A stretch of 64,000 nucleotides of DNA from an uncultured delta proteobacterium (GTDB lineage: Bacteria > Myxococcota_A > Polyangia > Polyangiales > Polyangiaceae), in NCBI GenBank assembly GCA_963782055.1, contig CAWAIF010000003.1, positions 896,001 through 960,000 on the forward strand, given 5' to 3'. Both the position numbers and the translations under genes were made by a program. The number at the start of each line of letters is the position of its first letter. Within the stretch, counting starts at the first letter, position 1. Shown here one piece after another: positions 1 to 10,073 of this stretch. The notes beneath the pieces were generated by a model, which saw only the letters and a program-made list of their open reading frames with translations, was not told the origin of the DNA and did no database searches.

Positions 1-2890
1 CTGTTCGCGCTCGCGCTCGACGCGACGAACGAGGTCACCGAGCGTTGGTGTCCGCGTCGCATCGCGATGGTCGTTGATCGCCGCATCGTCGTCGATCAGG
101 TTGCGGAGCGCGGGCGCTCCATCTTGCGCGCCTTGATGACGAGCACGGATAGCATCGTCGGCGCGGTCGCGAGCCGGCTGCGCTCCTTGGCTCGCACGGG
201 CGAGGAACCGCTCGGCGTATTCACGCTCCGCGGTGGCATGCCGAAGGACGACGGCTGGGCGCGGACGCCGGATCAGCCGCTCGTCATCGCCTCGACCGTC
301 GATCAGGTCGGCTCGCGCATGCTGATGCAGGGTTACGGCGTGAGCCCCGGCATGAAGCCGGTACATGCGGGCCTGCTGGCCAACGACACCCTGCTCCTCC
401 TCGACGAAGTGCACCTCTCTGAGCCGTTCCGGCAAACGCTCGATCAGCTCGAGCGCTTGCGAACGCGTTTCTCCGGCAGCGGGCTGAAGAAACGCTTTGC
501 GCACGCGTTCTTGTCGGCGACGCCGGGTGCTCGGGCACCGACAACCTTCGCGCTGCTCGAAGAGGAAAAGAAGGCCGACTCGCCGCTCGGACCGCGCCTG
601 CACGCGAGCAAGCCCATGCGTCTCGTCGAGGTCGGGGATCGGACCGCGCTGGAGAAGGCGTGCGTCGATAAGGCCAAGGAGCTACTCGAACGGCATCGCA
701 CGATCGGCGTCGTCGTCAACCGTGTCGCGAGTGCCAGCGTGATCGCGCGACAGCTCGGCGAGATGCTGGGCGCTGATGCGACCATCACGCTACTAACAGG
801 CCGCATGCGCCCGCTCGACCGTGACGACGTGCTTCGCGAGCTACGGCCCGCCGTGCAGACGGGGCGTTATCGGAGTGACGACAGTCCGAAGCGCGTCATC
901 GTCGGGACCCAGTGCATCGAGGCGGGCGCAGACTTCGACTTCGACGCCCTGGTCACTGAGGCCGCGAGCCTCGACAGCCTGCGACAACGCTTCGGCCGTG
1001 TCGATCGACTCGGCAATTACGGGAAGGCCGAGGGCATCATCGTGTACGACAACTGCAAGACGCGGAAAGAAGAGCTCAAACGCCGCGGAAAGAAGCCATC
1101 GCTGGCAGATGACGACCCAATCTATGGCCAAGCGCTCGGTGAGACAATCAGTTGGTTCAAGGAACAAGAGAGGGCGCGGCCGAAGAGGCTAAGGGGAGAA
1201 GCTCAAGAAGCTCAAAGAGGAGGCAAAGAAGCTCGAGGGGGAGCCGAAGCAGCAGGCGGAAGAGCGAATGGCCAGAATGGCCCGAGTTGATTTCGGTGTC
1301 CTCGCGATCGAGGTGCCGGCCGGTGACGAGCTGACGAAGCTGCTCGCACCCAAGCCGAATGCACCCACGCTGCTTCCTGCGTACCTCGACCTTTGGGCGC
1401 AGAGTTCTCCGGCACCGAGCCAACTTCCCGATGTGAGCCTCTGGCTCCATGGGCCGAGCTCGGGTCCTGCGGATGTGCAGCTCGTCTGGCGTATGGACCT
1501 CACGGAGGAAGTGCTTCAGCGCGGAGATGTCGAGGGCGCGACGGCCGTGGTCGCGGCGGTTCGGCCTTCGAGCCTCGAGGCGATGTCGCTGCCCTTCGTT
1601 ACGGCGCGGGCGTGGCTTGCGAACCAGCCGACGCGCGAATCTGGGCGACACCGAGGGCGCGAGCCCCGCCGACAGTTCTGAGCCGACGACGGCCGGGCGA
1701 CGCGCGCTCCGCTGGAGAGGGGATGAGAGTGAGATTGTCTGCGCGCACTCCGACTCGGAGCCCTCGCTGAAGCCGGGGGACACCATCGTCGTCCCGGTGA
1801 GCTATGGCGGCATTCGGAGGGGTTGCTTCGACCCTACCTCGACCGAACCCGTTCAAGACCGCGCGGAGCAGGCCGAGCTGTTCGCGCGCGCGCGGCCCGT
1901 CTTGCGTCTACATCCCGTCGTCGTCGACAAGCTCGGGCTCGCGGTGCCGCTCGACGATCCCGACGAGGCGCGCACCGTGCTTGGTCGCCTCGCCTCCAAC
2001 GGCGACTGGCCACCGTGGAAGCGGCTCTGGGGAGAAAAGCTCGCGAAGGGCCGTGGCTCGCTCGTCGTTGCCGGCGAGCCTTCGTGGACCGTTATCGAAG
2101 CGAGGCGAGTGCCGCTCGCCGCTCTTCGAGCCGTGCTTCAACCCGAGGAGACACTCGAAGACGGCGTCGAGCTGACGACGGACAGCGACGACTCCTTTCA
2201 TGCGGGCCGTGCCGTCTCGCTCGCCGAGCACAGCGCCGACGTCGAGACGTTCGCGCGTGAGTACGCGGCGCGCTGCGGACTCGGCACGAGGCTCGCGGAG
2301 CACGTCGCCATCGCCGCATGGTTGCACGACATCGGCAAAGCCGACCGGCGCTTCCAGCTCATGCTGCGAGGTGGGAGCGAGATTGATTCTTCAAGGACGA
2401 GACGCCGTGGGCCAAGTCGGCGATGCCGCCTGGCGCCCGTGAGGCACATCGACTCGCGCAGCAGAAGAGCGGCTATCCGCGAGGAGCGCGCCACGAAGTC
2501 CAGTCACTCGCAATGCTGCAAGGAGAGTTGGAAGCCGTGAAGAAGGGTTTGAAGAAGGTAGACGCCACGAAGGAGCCCGATCTGGATCTGGTGCTCCATC
2601 TCGTCGCGAGCCACCACGGCTACTGTCGCCCCTTCGCTCCCGCCATCGTCGACCAGAACCCTGTCGACGTGACGCTCGCCGGGCACACGAGCACCACGTT
2701 CGGCAAGATCGACTTCGCCTCGCCAACCTCGTGCAACGGACTGCACCGCCTCGACTCGCCCCTTGCCGACCGCTTCTGGGCGCTGGTGGCGAAGTACGGA
2801 TGGCAGGAATTGTGCTGGCTCGAGGCGATCCTTCGCCTCGCCGATCACCGCGCCAGCGAAGAGGAGCAGACGAAGGGGGCATCACCATGA
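1..2890 (+). CDS. cas3: Type I-G CRISPR helicase/nuclease Cas3 with C-terminal HD domain; 5' end lies outside the window; split by about 3 frameshifts
   Basis: ORF pieces 67-1290, 1268-1681, ~1640-2400 and 2423-2890 carry SF2 motifs (VVDRR, LLLLDEVH, SAT, TQCIEAGADFD, QRFGRVDR). The HD domain follows: SLAEHS...WLHDIGKAD...RHE...SHHG...LRLADH. A C-terminal HD domain is typical of I-G. Confidence 0.9.
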
Positions 2891-3800
2891 GCCGCATCCA
2901 ACTCATGGGCGTGGACGGCTCCAATCCGCTCGGTTTGCTGGCGGCGCTGGGGCTGCTGCGTATCGTTCCAGGCGCGAAGCTCGGGTTCTCCGAGGACGGT
3001 TCGTTCCGGGCCTTTGTCGATGGGGTCGACAAGAGCGAATCTGGCCTGGCGACGCTCATCGCGGCCGATGCAAAAGCCGCTGCAAAAGCGAGAGCGCGCC
3101 GTGGCGCTTCACCTACACGAAGGCTGCAACCAAGAAACTGGGGCCTCAGAAGGTCGCCGACCTCAAGCCGCCGCCGGAGGACTTCAAGAAGTTCCTCGCG
3201 ACCTGCATCGAGGCCTGGTTGACCGGCGACGATGAGCCAGCGGGCTACGCGGCGGCCTATGGCACGGACGTCGCGGTCGACGCCAAGGGCAACACCAAGC
3301 CCACGGCGTTCCACTTCACGGCCGCCAAGCAGACCTTCCTCGGCGCAGTGGAGGGCATTCGCGCTTCCTTAGCCCAAGAGCGGGTCGAGACGTCGCTGTT
3401 CAAGGGGCACGGCGAGCGCCTGGGCAGCAACCTCCGATGGGATCCGGGCGCCGAGCGCAACTGGGCCTTGATGGCGAACAATCCGAGCGGCGAGGGAACC
3501 CGGGTGGATGCCCCGCTCGAGTGGCTCGCGTTCCGCGGCCTGCCGCTGCTGCCAAGCTTTCCGCGCGGCTCGAGGATCATCACTACCGGCGTCGTCGGTC
3601 GAGGAGATGAAATGATGTTCTCGTGGCCGCTCTGGTCAGTCCCGGCTTCGCTGCTAACGACGCGCTCGGTCCTTCAGGTTGACTGGACGGGGAGCACCAA
3701 GGAGCGTGCAGCGCGCGGCATCTTCGCGATCTGTAGTTCGGCGATCCGACGAACGAGCCAGGGCTTCGGCAACTTTGGGCCCTCGTTGGTGATGAGCTGA
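2887..3800 (+). CDS. csb3: Type I-G Csb3 / Cas3-extension (Cas8g-like) protein, one frameshift near 3085
   Basis: ATGA overlap with the cas3 stop. N-terminus L.GVDGSNPLGLLAALGLLR, then TAFHFTAAKQTF, LRWDP, WLAFRGLPLLP and FSWPLW, which resemble the gene that follows cas3 in I-G loci. Confidence 0.75.
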
Positions 3801-3849
3801 TGAGAGCACTTCCGGAGACCGTTCCCTGGATAGGTCACCGGCGAGCGTG

Positions 3850-3945
3850 CTGATTCGCCTGCGTCCTCCGCCAAACATCGCCGGACCCCTTCTCCATTGG
3901 CGGCGAGGCCAACTTCGGGATGGGCCTGTTCGTCCCCCGAGCACC
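3850..3945 (+). pseudogene. csb2: 3' remnant of csb2 (Cas5/Cas6-like) Gly-rich loop
   Basis: With one extra C removed it reads IAGPFSIGGEANFGMGLFVP, matching the GP..LG...FG.GLF.P C-terminus of Csb2/Cas6. Confidence 0.55.
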
Positions 3946-4172
3946 GCTTCCCCCTTACCTCCTCGGCGGCGGCGACGCCGTATCGCCGGGCTGCTCGGCG
4001 AGCTCTTTGCCTGGGGCCACGCGCACGCGAACCGCGAAGCGATGACCACCCTGCCGGCGCGAACGTTGGCGTCCCAGCGCGCCGACGTCGGCGGCGGACC
4101 GGAACGCCAACGCCGCGCTCGTACGCACGAGGTTGCCCCCCGGTACCCGGATGGGACATGCTGGGGACACGC

Positions 4173-5560
4173 CATGTCGAGCCCGCTACCCACCTTCCGA
4201 GCGTTCGGCGACGACGACGACCACCTCCGACTCACCGTGCTCATCGCGCGCGCGTTCGCGGCGGTCGAGCCGGAAGCGAGCGCCATGTGCCAAGCGACCC
4301 CCGCAGACGCCGTGGCTCGTGCGCGCGGACGCCCTCGAGAGGGTGCTCGATGCGTCCGTCGGCGCAAAGCTTCGCGCGAGCTTCGTCAATCCCGACTCGC
4401 TCGCGCCGCCGGGCGACGCGAATCCGTCGGAGGTCCAGGGCTTCCGGCGCGAGCGCCGCGCGCTGTTCCACACGGTTCTTCGTGCGGCTCGCCGCGGAAA
4501 CTGGAGGCTGCACACGCGTCCCTCGGCCCCGCGAGGACCTCGCAGACGCCTTCGAGGACGTCGGCACCGCGCAGGACGACGAGCCGACGGACGAAGCACT
4601 TCTCATGGCAATAGTGCCTGCGGCACGGCCCCTCGCGCGCTGGCTCCGAAGCCGCGGCGCGCTCGGGGAGCGGCGCCTCGCGCGGCTCGTCGAAGACGGC
4701 GAGGATCTGACGTCGGTGGTCGTGGGAGAGGCTTGTGAAGCGCTGCCTGCCGCGACCCTCCGCGTCGCGCTGCGCCTGGCGTTGCTGCGGCCGCCCAGAA
4801 GGCCAATGGGCACATCGGGCCCTTCGCGATCGCGGACGCGGGCGGCGCGGGGACAGTTTCGCGAGCCAGCGTGGACGAGCTTGCCCGTGACGCCGGCTTT
4901 CTGCAAGCAACCGGCGGTCGTGCGGCGTTCATGCCAGGCGGGACTCCGACGGGCGCTGAGCAACCGGCGGCGTTCTCTGATGAGTGAAAGCGAGATCGCA
5001 TCCGACCATGCCTGGCTCAGCAAGTCGTTGTCGAGCGATCCCTCCGACGCGGCCAGCGTGATCGAAGTGCATCACCACGCCGTGGAAGCCGGCGATCTCG
5101 AACGGGCGCGCGCGACCGCGCGGTACTACGGGGCAGACCTTCGACTGCTCGCCTTCCGCCTCGGTCGCGTCGCCGCGGCGACCGGCGACGCGCAGAAGTT
5201 CCTCGAAGCCGCTGCGGCGTACCGAGTCGTCATCGACGACTTCGACGCAACCGACGCGTACGCGTGGGAGTATTACGCCTTCAATCTCGCTCGCGGGCGA
5301 GGCTCCGCGCTGAGCACGGAACAGGCCACGGAGGTCGAGCATGGGTACGAGCGCGCTCGCCAGCTCGCGCCGCAGAATCCGCTTTTCCACGGCCGCCTCG
5401 TCGGCTTTCGCACCGAACGCGGTGCCTATGACCGCGCCGCATCAGCGCTGGCTCGCTCGGTACCGCGCGACGGAGGGCTCGAAGGCCTGCGCCTATTTCG
5501 GCCAGCCCGTGATCGACGCTCTTCATCGCACGGGGCGCCGCGACGAGGCCGTCGGTCCGC
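4173..5560 (+). pseudogene. Hypothetical helical/TPR-like protein, multiply frameshifted
   Basis: Coding-like segments in alternating frames, for example DAYAWEYYAFNLAR...YERARQLAPQNPLFHGR. Confidence 0.4.
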
Positions 5561-5566
5561 ACGCCG

Positions 5567-5711
5567 ATGGCGTATCGCCCCGCCCGAGCGCGATCGCCGG
5601 ACCGAGGGGCCGCGCCGACCTCGGACGTTCGGGACCGCGGCGGGTCGCATCGAAGTCGCGGAGGACTTCGATGCGCCGCTCGCCGACTTCGGGCCGTACG
5701 AGAAGAAGTGA
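5567..5711 (+). pseudogene. Antitoxin C-terminal remnant (Phd/DUF2281-like)
   Basis: RRPRTFGTAAGRIEVAEDFDAPLADF is a typical vapB-type tail, and its stop overlaps the vapC start (GTGA). Confidence 0.6.
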
Positions 5712-6105
5712 ATCTGCTTGTCGACACCCACGGGCTGCGGTGGTTTCTCGCGGGCGATCCGAAGCTCAGCGCCGGCGCACCAACGCGATAGAAAATATCC
5801 AACGACGTCTGCGTGAGCGTCGCGTCGCTGTGGAGATCGCGATCAAGCATTCGCTGGGGAAGCTCGTGCTCCACGACGGGCTCACCGGACTGCTCACGGC
5901 GACCTTCGTGACGAACGGCTTCGAGCGGATGGACATCGAGCCGGAGCACCTCCGGTGAGCGCGCTTTCCCTACTTCACCTCGCCGCGCGAGCACCGGGAT
6001 CCGTTCGACCGGCTCCTCGTTTCGCAGGCGCTCGCAGAGGGAGCGACGCTCGTCACGAAAGAGACCTGGTGGAGCGCCGCCTACGGTGTCGCAACGCTCT
6101 GGTAG
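5708..6105 (+). pseudogene. vapC: VapC PIN toxin, frameshifted
   Basis: Motifs spread over several frames: LLVDTH.LRWF, SVASLWEIAIKHSLGKL, HRDPFDRLLVSQA. Confidence 0.8.
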
Positions 6106-6145
6106 AGCGAGCCATTTCGGATCGCAGCGTGCTGCGCGCGACTCG

Positions 6146-6339
6146 TCAGCCACCAATCCGCACCGCCTGCACGGCACGATAGAGGTCGGCGATCTCGTGC
6201 GTGGCGGAGCGTCATGAGCTGACGCGCGTCCCACTCGGCCGCGTACGCGTGGCGAAAGAAATGACGGGAAGGCGAGCAGCTTGCGCAGCGCTCGAATCGC
6301 TTCGCACGACAGCACGGCGGGACGGACCGTGTCGATACT
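6146..6339 (-). pseudogene. C-terminal half of a HepT-like (HEPN) ribonuclease toxin
   Basis: SIDTVRPAVLS...LLAF/RHFFRHAYA with one frameshift; contains an R-x4-H HEPN motif; the N-terminus is missing. Confidence 0.6.
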
Positions 6340-6811
6340 CTAGAGGAGAGCCTCGTAGATGCGACAGTCCTTGAGGCCGTCCACCGGCCAATCCGGCGGG
6401 CGCCCCGCGAGACACCGCAGATCGCGACGCAGATGAATATCATGCGTGTGCCGCGGCACGCGGGAGACGGACCTGACGCGGTCGGCCACCTGGTCCGCCT
6501 GAGGCGGCAGAGCCGCGAGCGTCTCTTCGATCTCTCGACCGCGATCCTGAGGGCCTCTGCCCGCGGCGTCGAGCTGGCCGGACCTTGCCCATTGGTTCGC
6601 GGCCGCGCGGAGCGACTGCGCACGGGCGAGCGCGTCGCGAACCCAGCGGAGCGCGGTCCCGCGAAACTCGACCAGCACGTACTCGTGGCACCACGAGCTC
6701 CACTCGCTTCGTCTCGGCGAGCTCGACGAGGAGCACGGCCTGGTCGCCGTCCCGGCCCAGCCAGACGTCCAGGAGGATATTCGTGTCGAAGACCAGCAGC
6801 GGTAGGGTCAT
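6340..6811 (-). pseudogene. PIN-domain protein, frameshifted and probably truncated
   Basis: LVFDTNILLD N-terminal PIN motif; a second frame gives VLVEF...KDCRIYEALL. Confidence 0.6.
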
Positions 6812-6918
6812 CCCCGGAGACACCTACTCGTGGAGGTCCACCCCTACCCGACGAGGCCCCTCGGCACATCGAAGCGCCGGTCGCACCCGCTGCGGCGGTG
6901 GCACGCGGGACCAGCCCC

Positions 6919-7155
6919 GAGGTCATGCAGGCCCACGACCTCTCCGAAGCCGCGCCGACCGACCTTCACTTCGCGCAGGCCGGCTTCCGCGTGCTCATGC
7001 GGGCGGAGGCGCGACGGGCTCGGTGAGCGTGCCGCCCGACGGACGCCTCACCCCGCCCCCGCCTCCGGCGGGCGGTCGATGCAGCAGCGCTTGTACTTCT
7101 TGCCGGACCCGCAGGGGCACGGCTCGTTGCGGCCCACGCGCCGGACGCGGCGGGG
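6919..7155 (+). repeat. Near-identical direct copy of 9074-9310 (vapC 3' end plus yecA 3' end)
   Basis: About 235 bp align at offset 2155 with only a few mismatches. Confidence 0.9.
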
Positions 7156-7665
7156 CGCAGCAGGTGCCTGTCCCCCATGGTCGCGCGACGGACCTCGGCG
7201 AAGCTCTCGTACGTCGCGGCGACGATGGCGCCGAGGGACCGCCGGACCGTGTCCCCGCCGTCCGGCAGCGCGTCGAGCTCGGCGAGCGTCTCGGGCGGGA
7301 CGAGGTCCCGGCGCCCGCCGAGGTAAGCGATGCCCGAGGCGAACGTCCACCGCTCGGCGTCCCCAATCCATGCCGCGTCGAGCGCGGCGGCGGCCACGTA
7401 ACCGGCCGCGAAGGAGGCGCAGGCCTCAACGTCTTCCTCGGGCGGCACGTAGCCCTCACCCTGGTCGACGGCGTCGAGGACCTGGTTGTAGAGGCGCAGG
7501 ATCAGCTCGATCCCATGCATGTCCCCCGGACCCTCCGGCACGACCATCGGGAGCCAGCCGGAGGGCGGGAGCATGCCGGGGGCGACGACGACGGCGTGGA
7601 GCACGCCGAAGAGGGCGTCCAAATCGAGGGGCGAATGGGCGTCGAGGAAGTCGGAGAGGCCGTCA
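7048..7665 (-). pseudogene. UPF0149/YecA SEC-C protein, 5'-truncated and frameshifted paralog of 9203-9862
   Basis: LDLDALFGVLHAVVVAPGMLPPSGWLP...[18 protein letters not shown]; no start codon. Confidence 0.8.
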
Positions 7666-7669
7666 ATCC

Positions 7670-7997
7670 CCCGGCGCTCGTCCCCGCGCGCATGGTCAAC
7701 GAGCTCCTCTACTGCGAGCGCCTCATGGCGCTCGAGTGGGTGCAGCGCGAGTTCGCCGACAACGCGTTCACCCTGGAGGGCCGCTACGTGCACTCGCGGG
7801 CCGACGAGCCGCGCGGCAAGCTCGCCGCGCCTGGAGCCGCGGAGGCGCCGTATCAAGCGCGCTCCGTGTGGCTCTCGTCGGCGGAGCTCGGCCTCACCGC
7901 GAAGATCGACGTCGTGGAGGGCGACAAGTCGGGCACGGTCGTCCCCATCGAGTACAAGCGCGGCAAGCCGCCCGACGTGCCGGAGGGCGCTTACCTC
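7670..7997 (+). pseudogene. cas4: Internal fragment of cas4 (diverged copy of ~14241-14568)
   Basis: PALVPARMVNELLYCERL...KIDVVEG...IEYKRGKPPDVPEGAYL. The protein is near-identical to the full copy but has many synonymous differences. Confidence 0.9.
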
Positions 7998-8302
7998 TGG
8001 AACGGCGCGCGCGCGGTCCACGGCGACGGCACGACGGCGGGGGAAGCGCGGCTCTCGTCGAGGCGAGGCGCGACACCAACCGCCAGAGCCGGATGCGCCG
8101 CCTCCAGCCGCTCCACGAGATCGAACACCGGGACCCACGGCGACGTGCCCCCGAGCGCCGCGATCTTCGTCCTCTGGCGTCGCATGTTCTGGATCATGAG
8201 CGACGCGGCGCGATGGCTACGAGCGCACGAAGCAATCGTGGTCCCGGCTACTGGTTGCTTCGTGACTGTGGGCGCACGCCATCATCCTGTCGGCGCCTTG
8301 AC

Positions 8303-8330
8303 TTGACAAGTCTGCTCCGGGTTCTACGCT
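8303..8330 (+). promoter_or_regulatory. Sigma70-like promoter of the antitoxin-vapC operon, probably leaderless
   Basis: TTGACA-16 nt-TACGCT, ending 6 nt before the GTG at 8337. Confidence 0.55.
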
Positions 8331-8336
8331 TCCCAC

Positions 8337-8750
8337 GTGCCCAGCCATCTCGCCACGACCCTCGCCGTGTTCACGACCACCATCCAGCACAGCAAGAACC
8401 GGCTCGTCGCCATCCCCGCGGCCGAGCAGGCCAGGCTCGGCCTGGTGCGGAGGCGGGAGAATCACATCGTCGCGTACTCCATCCGCCGCGCGGGCCGGGG
8501 GCGGTGGAACCATCACCTGGCGAAGCTCACCCACGACAACGAGTTCTCCATCCCGGCCGACGTGACCCGCCTGCGCCCGGGGGACCGTGTCGACGTGAAG
8601 ATCCACAGGCTGGTGGCCGACGTGCCGGTCACCTTCGCGCCCGCCGCGGCGCCGGCGGACGCGCTGCTGGCGCTCGGCGCCTCCGCGGGCCGCGACGAGC
8701 GGACCGACGGCAGCGAGCGCGTGGACGAGTACCTCGCGGGAGAGCTTTGA
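8337..8750 (+). CDS. Putative AbrB/MazE-like antitoxin
   Basis: Overlaps the PIN gene start (TTGA); FSIPADVTRLRPGDRVDV motif; C-terminal DGSERVDEYL. Confidence 0.5.
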   Translation: MPSHLATTLAVFTTTIQHSKNRLVAIPAAEQARLGLVRRRENHIVAYSIRRAGRGRWNHHLAKLTHDNEFSIPADVTRLRPGDRVDVKIHRLVADVPVTFAPAAAPADALLALGASAGRDERTDGSERVDEYLAGEL

Positions 8751-9181
8751 AGCCGGCCGTGTTCGTCGACACGGCGTACCTGGTCGCGCTCACCAACGCC
8801 GCCGACGCGCATCACGGGCGCGCGGTCGCCATGGCGAAGGCGTGGTCGAAGGAGAAGCGAGCCTTCGTCACCACCGACGCGGTGCTCATCGAGTACGCGA
8901 ACTTCTTCGCGCGCTCCCCCCTGCGCCCGCTCGCGGCGTCCGCGCTCCCGCGTCTGCGCGGGACCGAGGGGTGGACGATCGTCGCGAACGACCCGGTGCT
9001 CCTCTCGCGCGCGGAGCATCGATACGCCAAGCACGGTGACAAGTCGTGGAGCCTCACCGATTGCATCAGCATGGAGGTCATGCAGGCCCACGACCTCTCC
9101 GAAGCCGCGACGACCGACCTTCACTTCGCGCAGGCCGGCTTCCGCGTGCTCATGCGGGCGGAGGCGCGACGGGCTCGGTGA
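8747..9181 (+). CDS. vapC: VapC PIN-domain ribonuclease toxin
   Basis: VFVDTAYLVAL, TTDAVLIE, SLTDCIS, TTDLHFAQAGF. Confidence 0.9.
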   Translation: MKPAVFVDTAYLVALTNAADAHHGRAVAMAKAWSKEKRAFVTTDAVLIEYANFFARSPLRPLAASALPRLRGTEGWTIVANDPVLLSRAEHRYAKHGDKSWSLTDCISMEVMQAHDLSEAATTDLHFAQAGFRVLMRAEARRAR

Positions 9182-9202
9182 GCGTGCCGCCCGACGGACG
9201 CC

Positions 9203-9862
9203 TCACCCCGCCCCCGCCTCCGGCGGACGGTCGATGCAGCAGCGCTTGTACCTCTTGCCGGACCCGCAGGGGCACGGCTCGTTGCGGCCCACGCGCCGGA
9301 CGCGGCGCGGCGCGCGAGCTGCTTGTGCCGGAAACGCCGCCCGGCGGACCTCGAGGAAGGTCTCGTACGTCGTGCTGACGATGCTGGCGAGCAATCGGCG
9401 GACCGCGCTCTCGCCGTCCGGCAGGGCGTCGAGCTCGGCGAGGGTCCCCGCCGGCACGAGGTCCCGCTGCCCGCCGAGGTAGGCGATGCCCGCGGCGAAC
9501 GTCCAGCGATCGGCGTCGCCGACCCAGGCCGGATCGAGCGCGGCGGCGGAGGCGTAGCCCGCCGCGAAGCTCGCGCACGCCTCGAGGTCCTCCTCGGGCG
9601 GTATGTATGCCTCGTCATGATCGATGGCGTCGACGACCTGGTTGTACAGGCGCAGCATCAGGTCGATCCCGTGCGAGTCTCCAGGCCCTTCGGGCAGGAC
9701 CATCGGGAGCCAGGCCGAGGGCATGAGCATGCCGGGGGCGACGACCACCGCGTGGAGCACGCCAAAGAGGCCGTCGAGATCGAGCGGCGAGACGGCGTCG
9801 AGGAGGTCCGAGAGGTCGTCCATCTCGTGATCGGAGAGCGGCCGGGAGAACTCGTGCGCCAT
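9203..9862 (-). CDS. UPF0149/YecA family protein with C-terminal SEC-C motif
   Basis: PLSDHEMDDLSDLL...LDGLFGVLHAV...PSAWLP; ends [19 protein letters not shown]. Confidence 0.85.
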   Translation of the reverse strand: MAHEFSRPLSDHEMDDLSDLLDAVSPLDLDGLFGVLHAVVVAPGMLMPSAWLPMVLPEGPGDSHGIDLMLRLYNQVVDAIDHDEAYIPPEEDLEACASFAAGYASAAALDPAWVGDADRWTFAAGIAYLGGQRDLVPAGTLAELDALPDGESAVRRLLASIVSTTYETFLEVRRAAFPAQAARAPRRVRRVGRNEPCPCGSGKRYKRCCIDRPPEAGAG

Positions 9863-10073
9863 GTTCTGGACGTTGCCCGAGTGGCGGCGCGCCGGCAAGG
9901 CGCTCGCGCGTGCCGCGGCCCGACGGCGCCGCCGGCTGCGAGCCGCGTGTGGCGCAGCGCGGGCGCGATCTACTCGCCCGAGGGGACCACCGCAATCAGG
10001 GGGCGAACCGCCCGTCGGAGGGCCAGGGTTCTCGGCGCTTCGCTCGTCCGCGGCGCCGTGGTACTCGCGCCTC

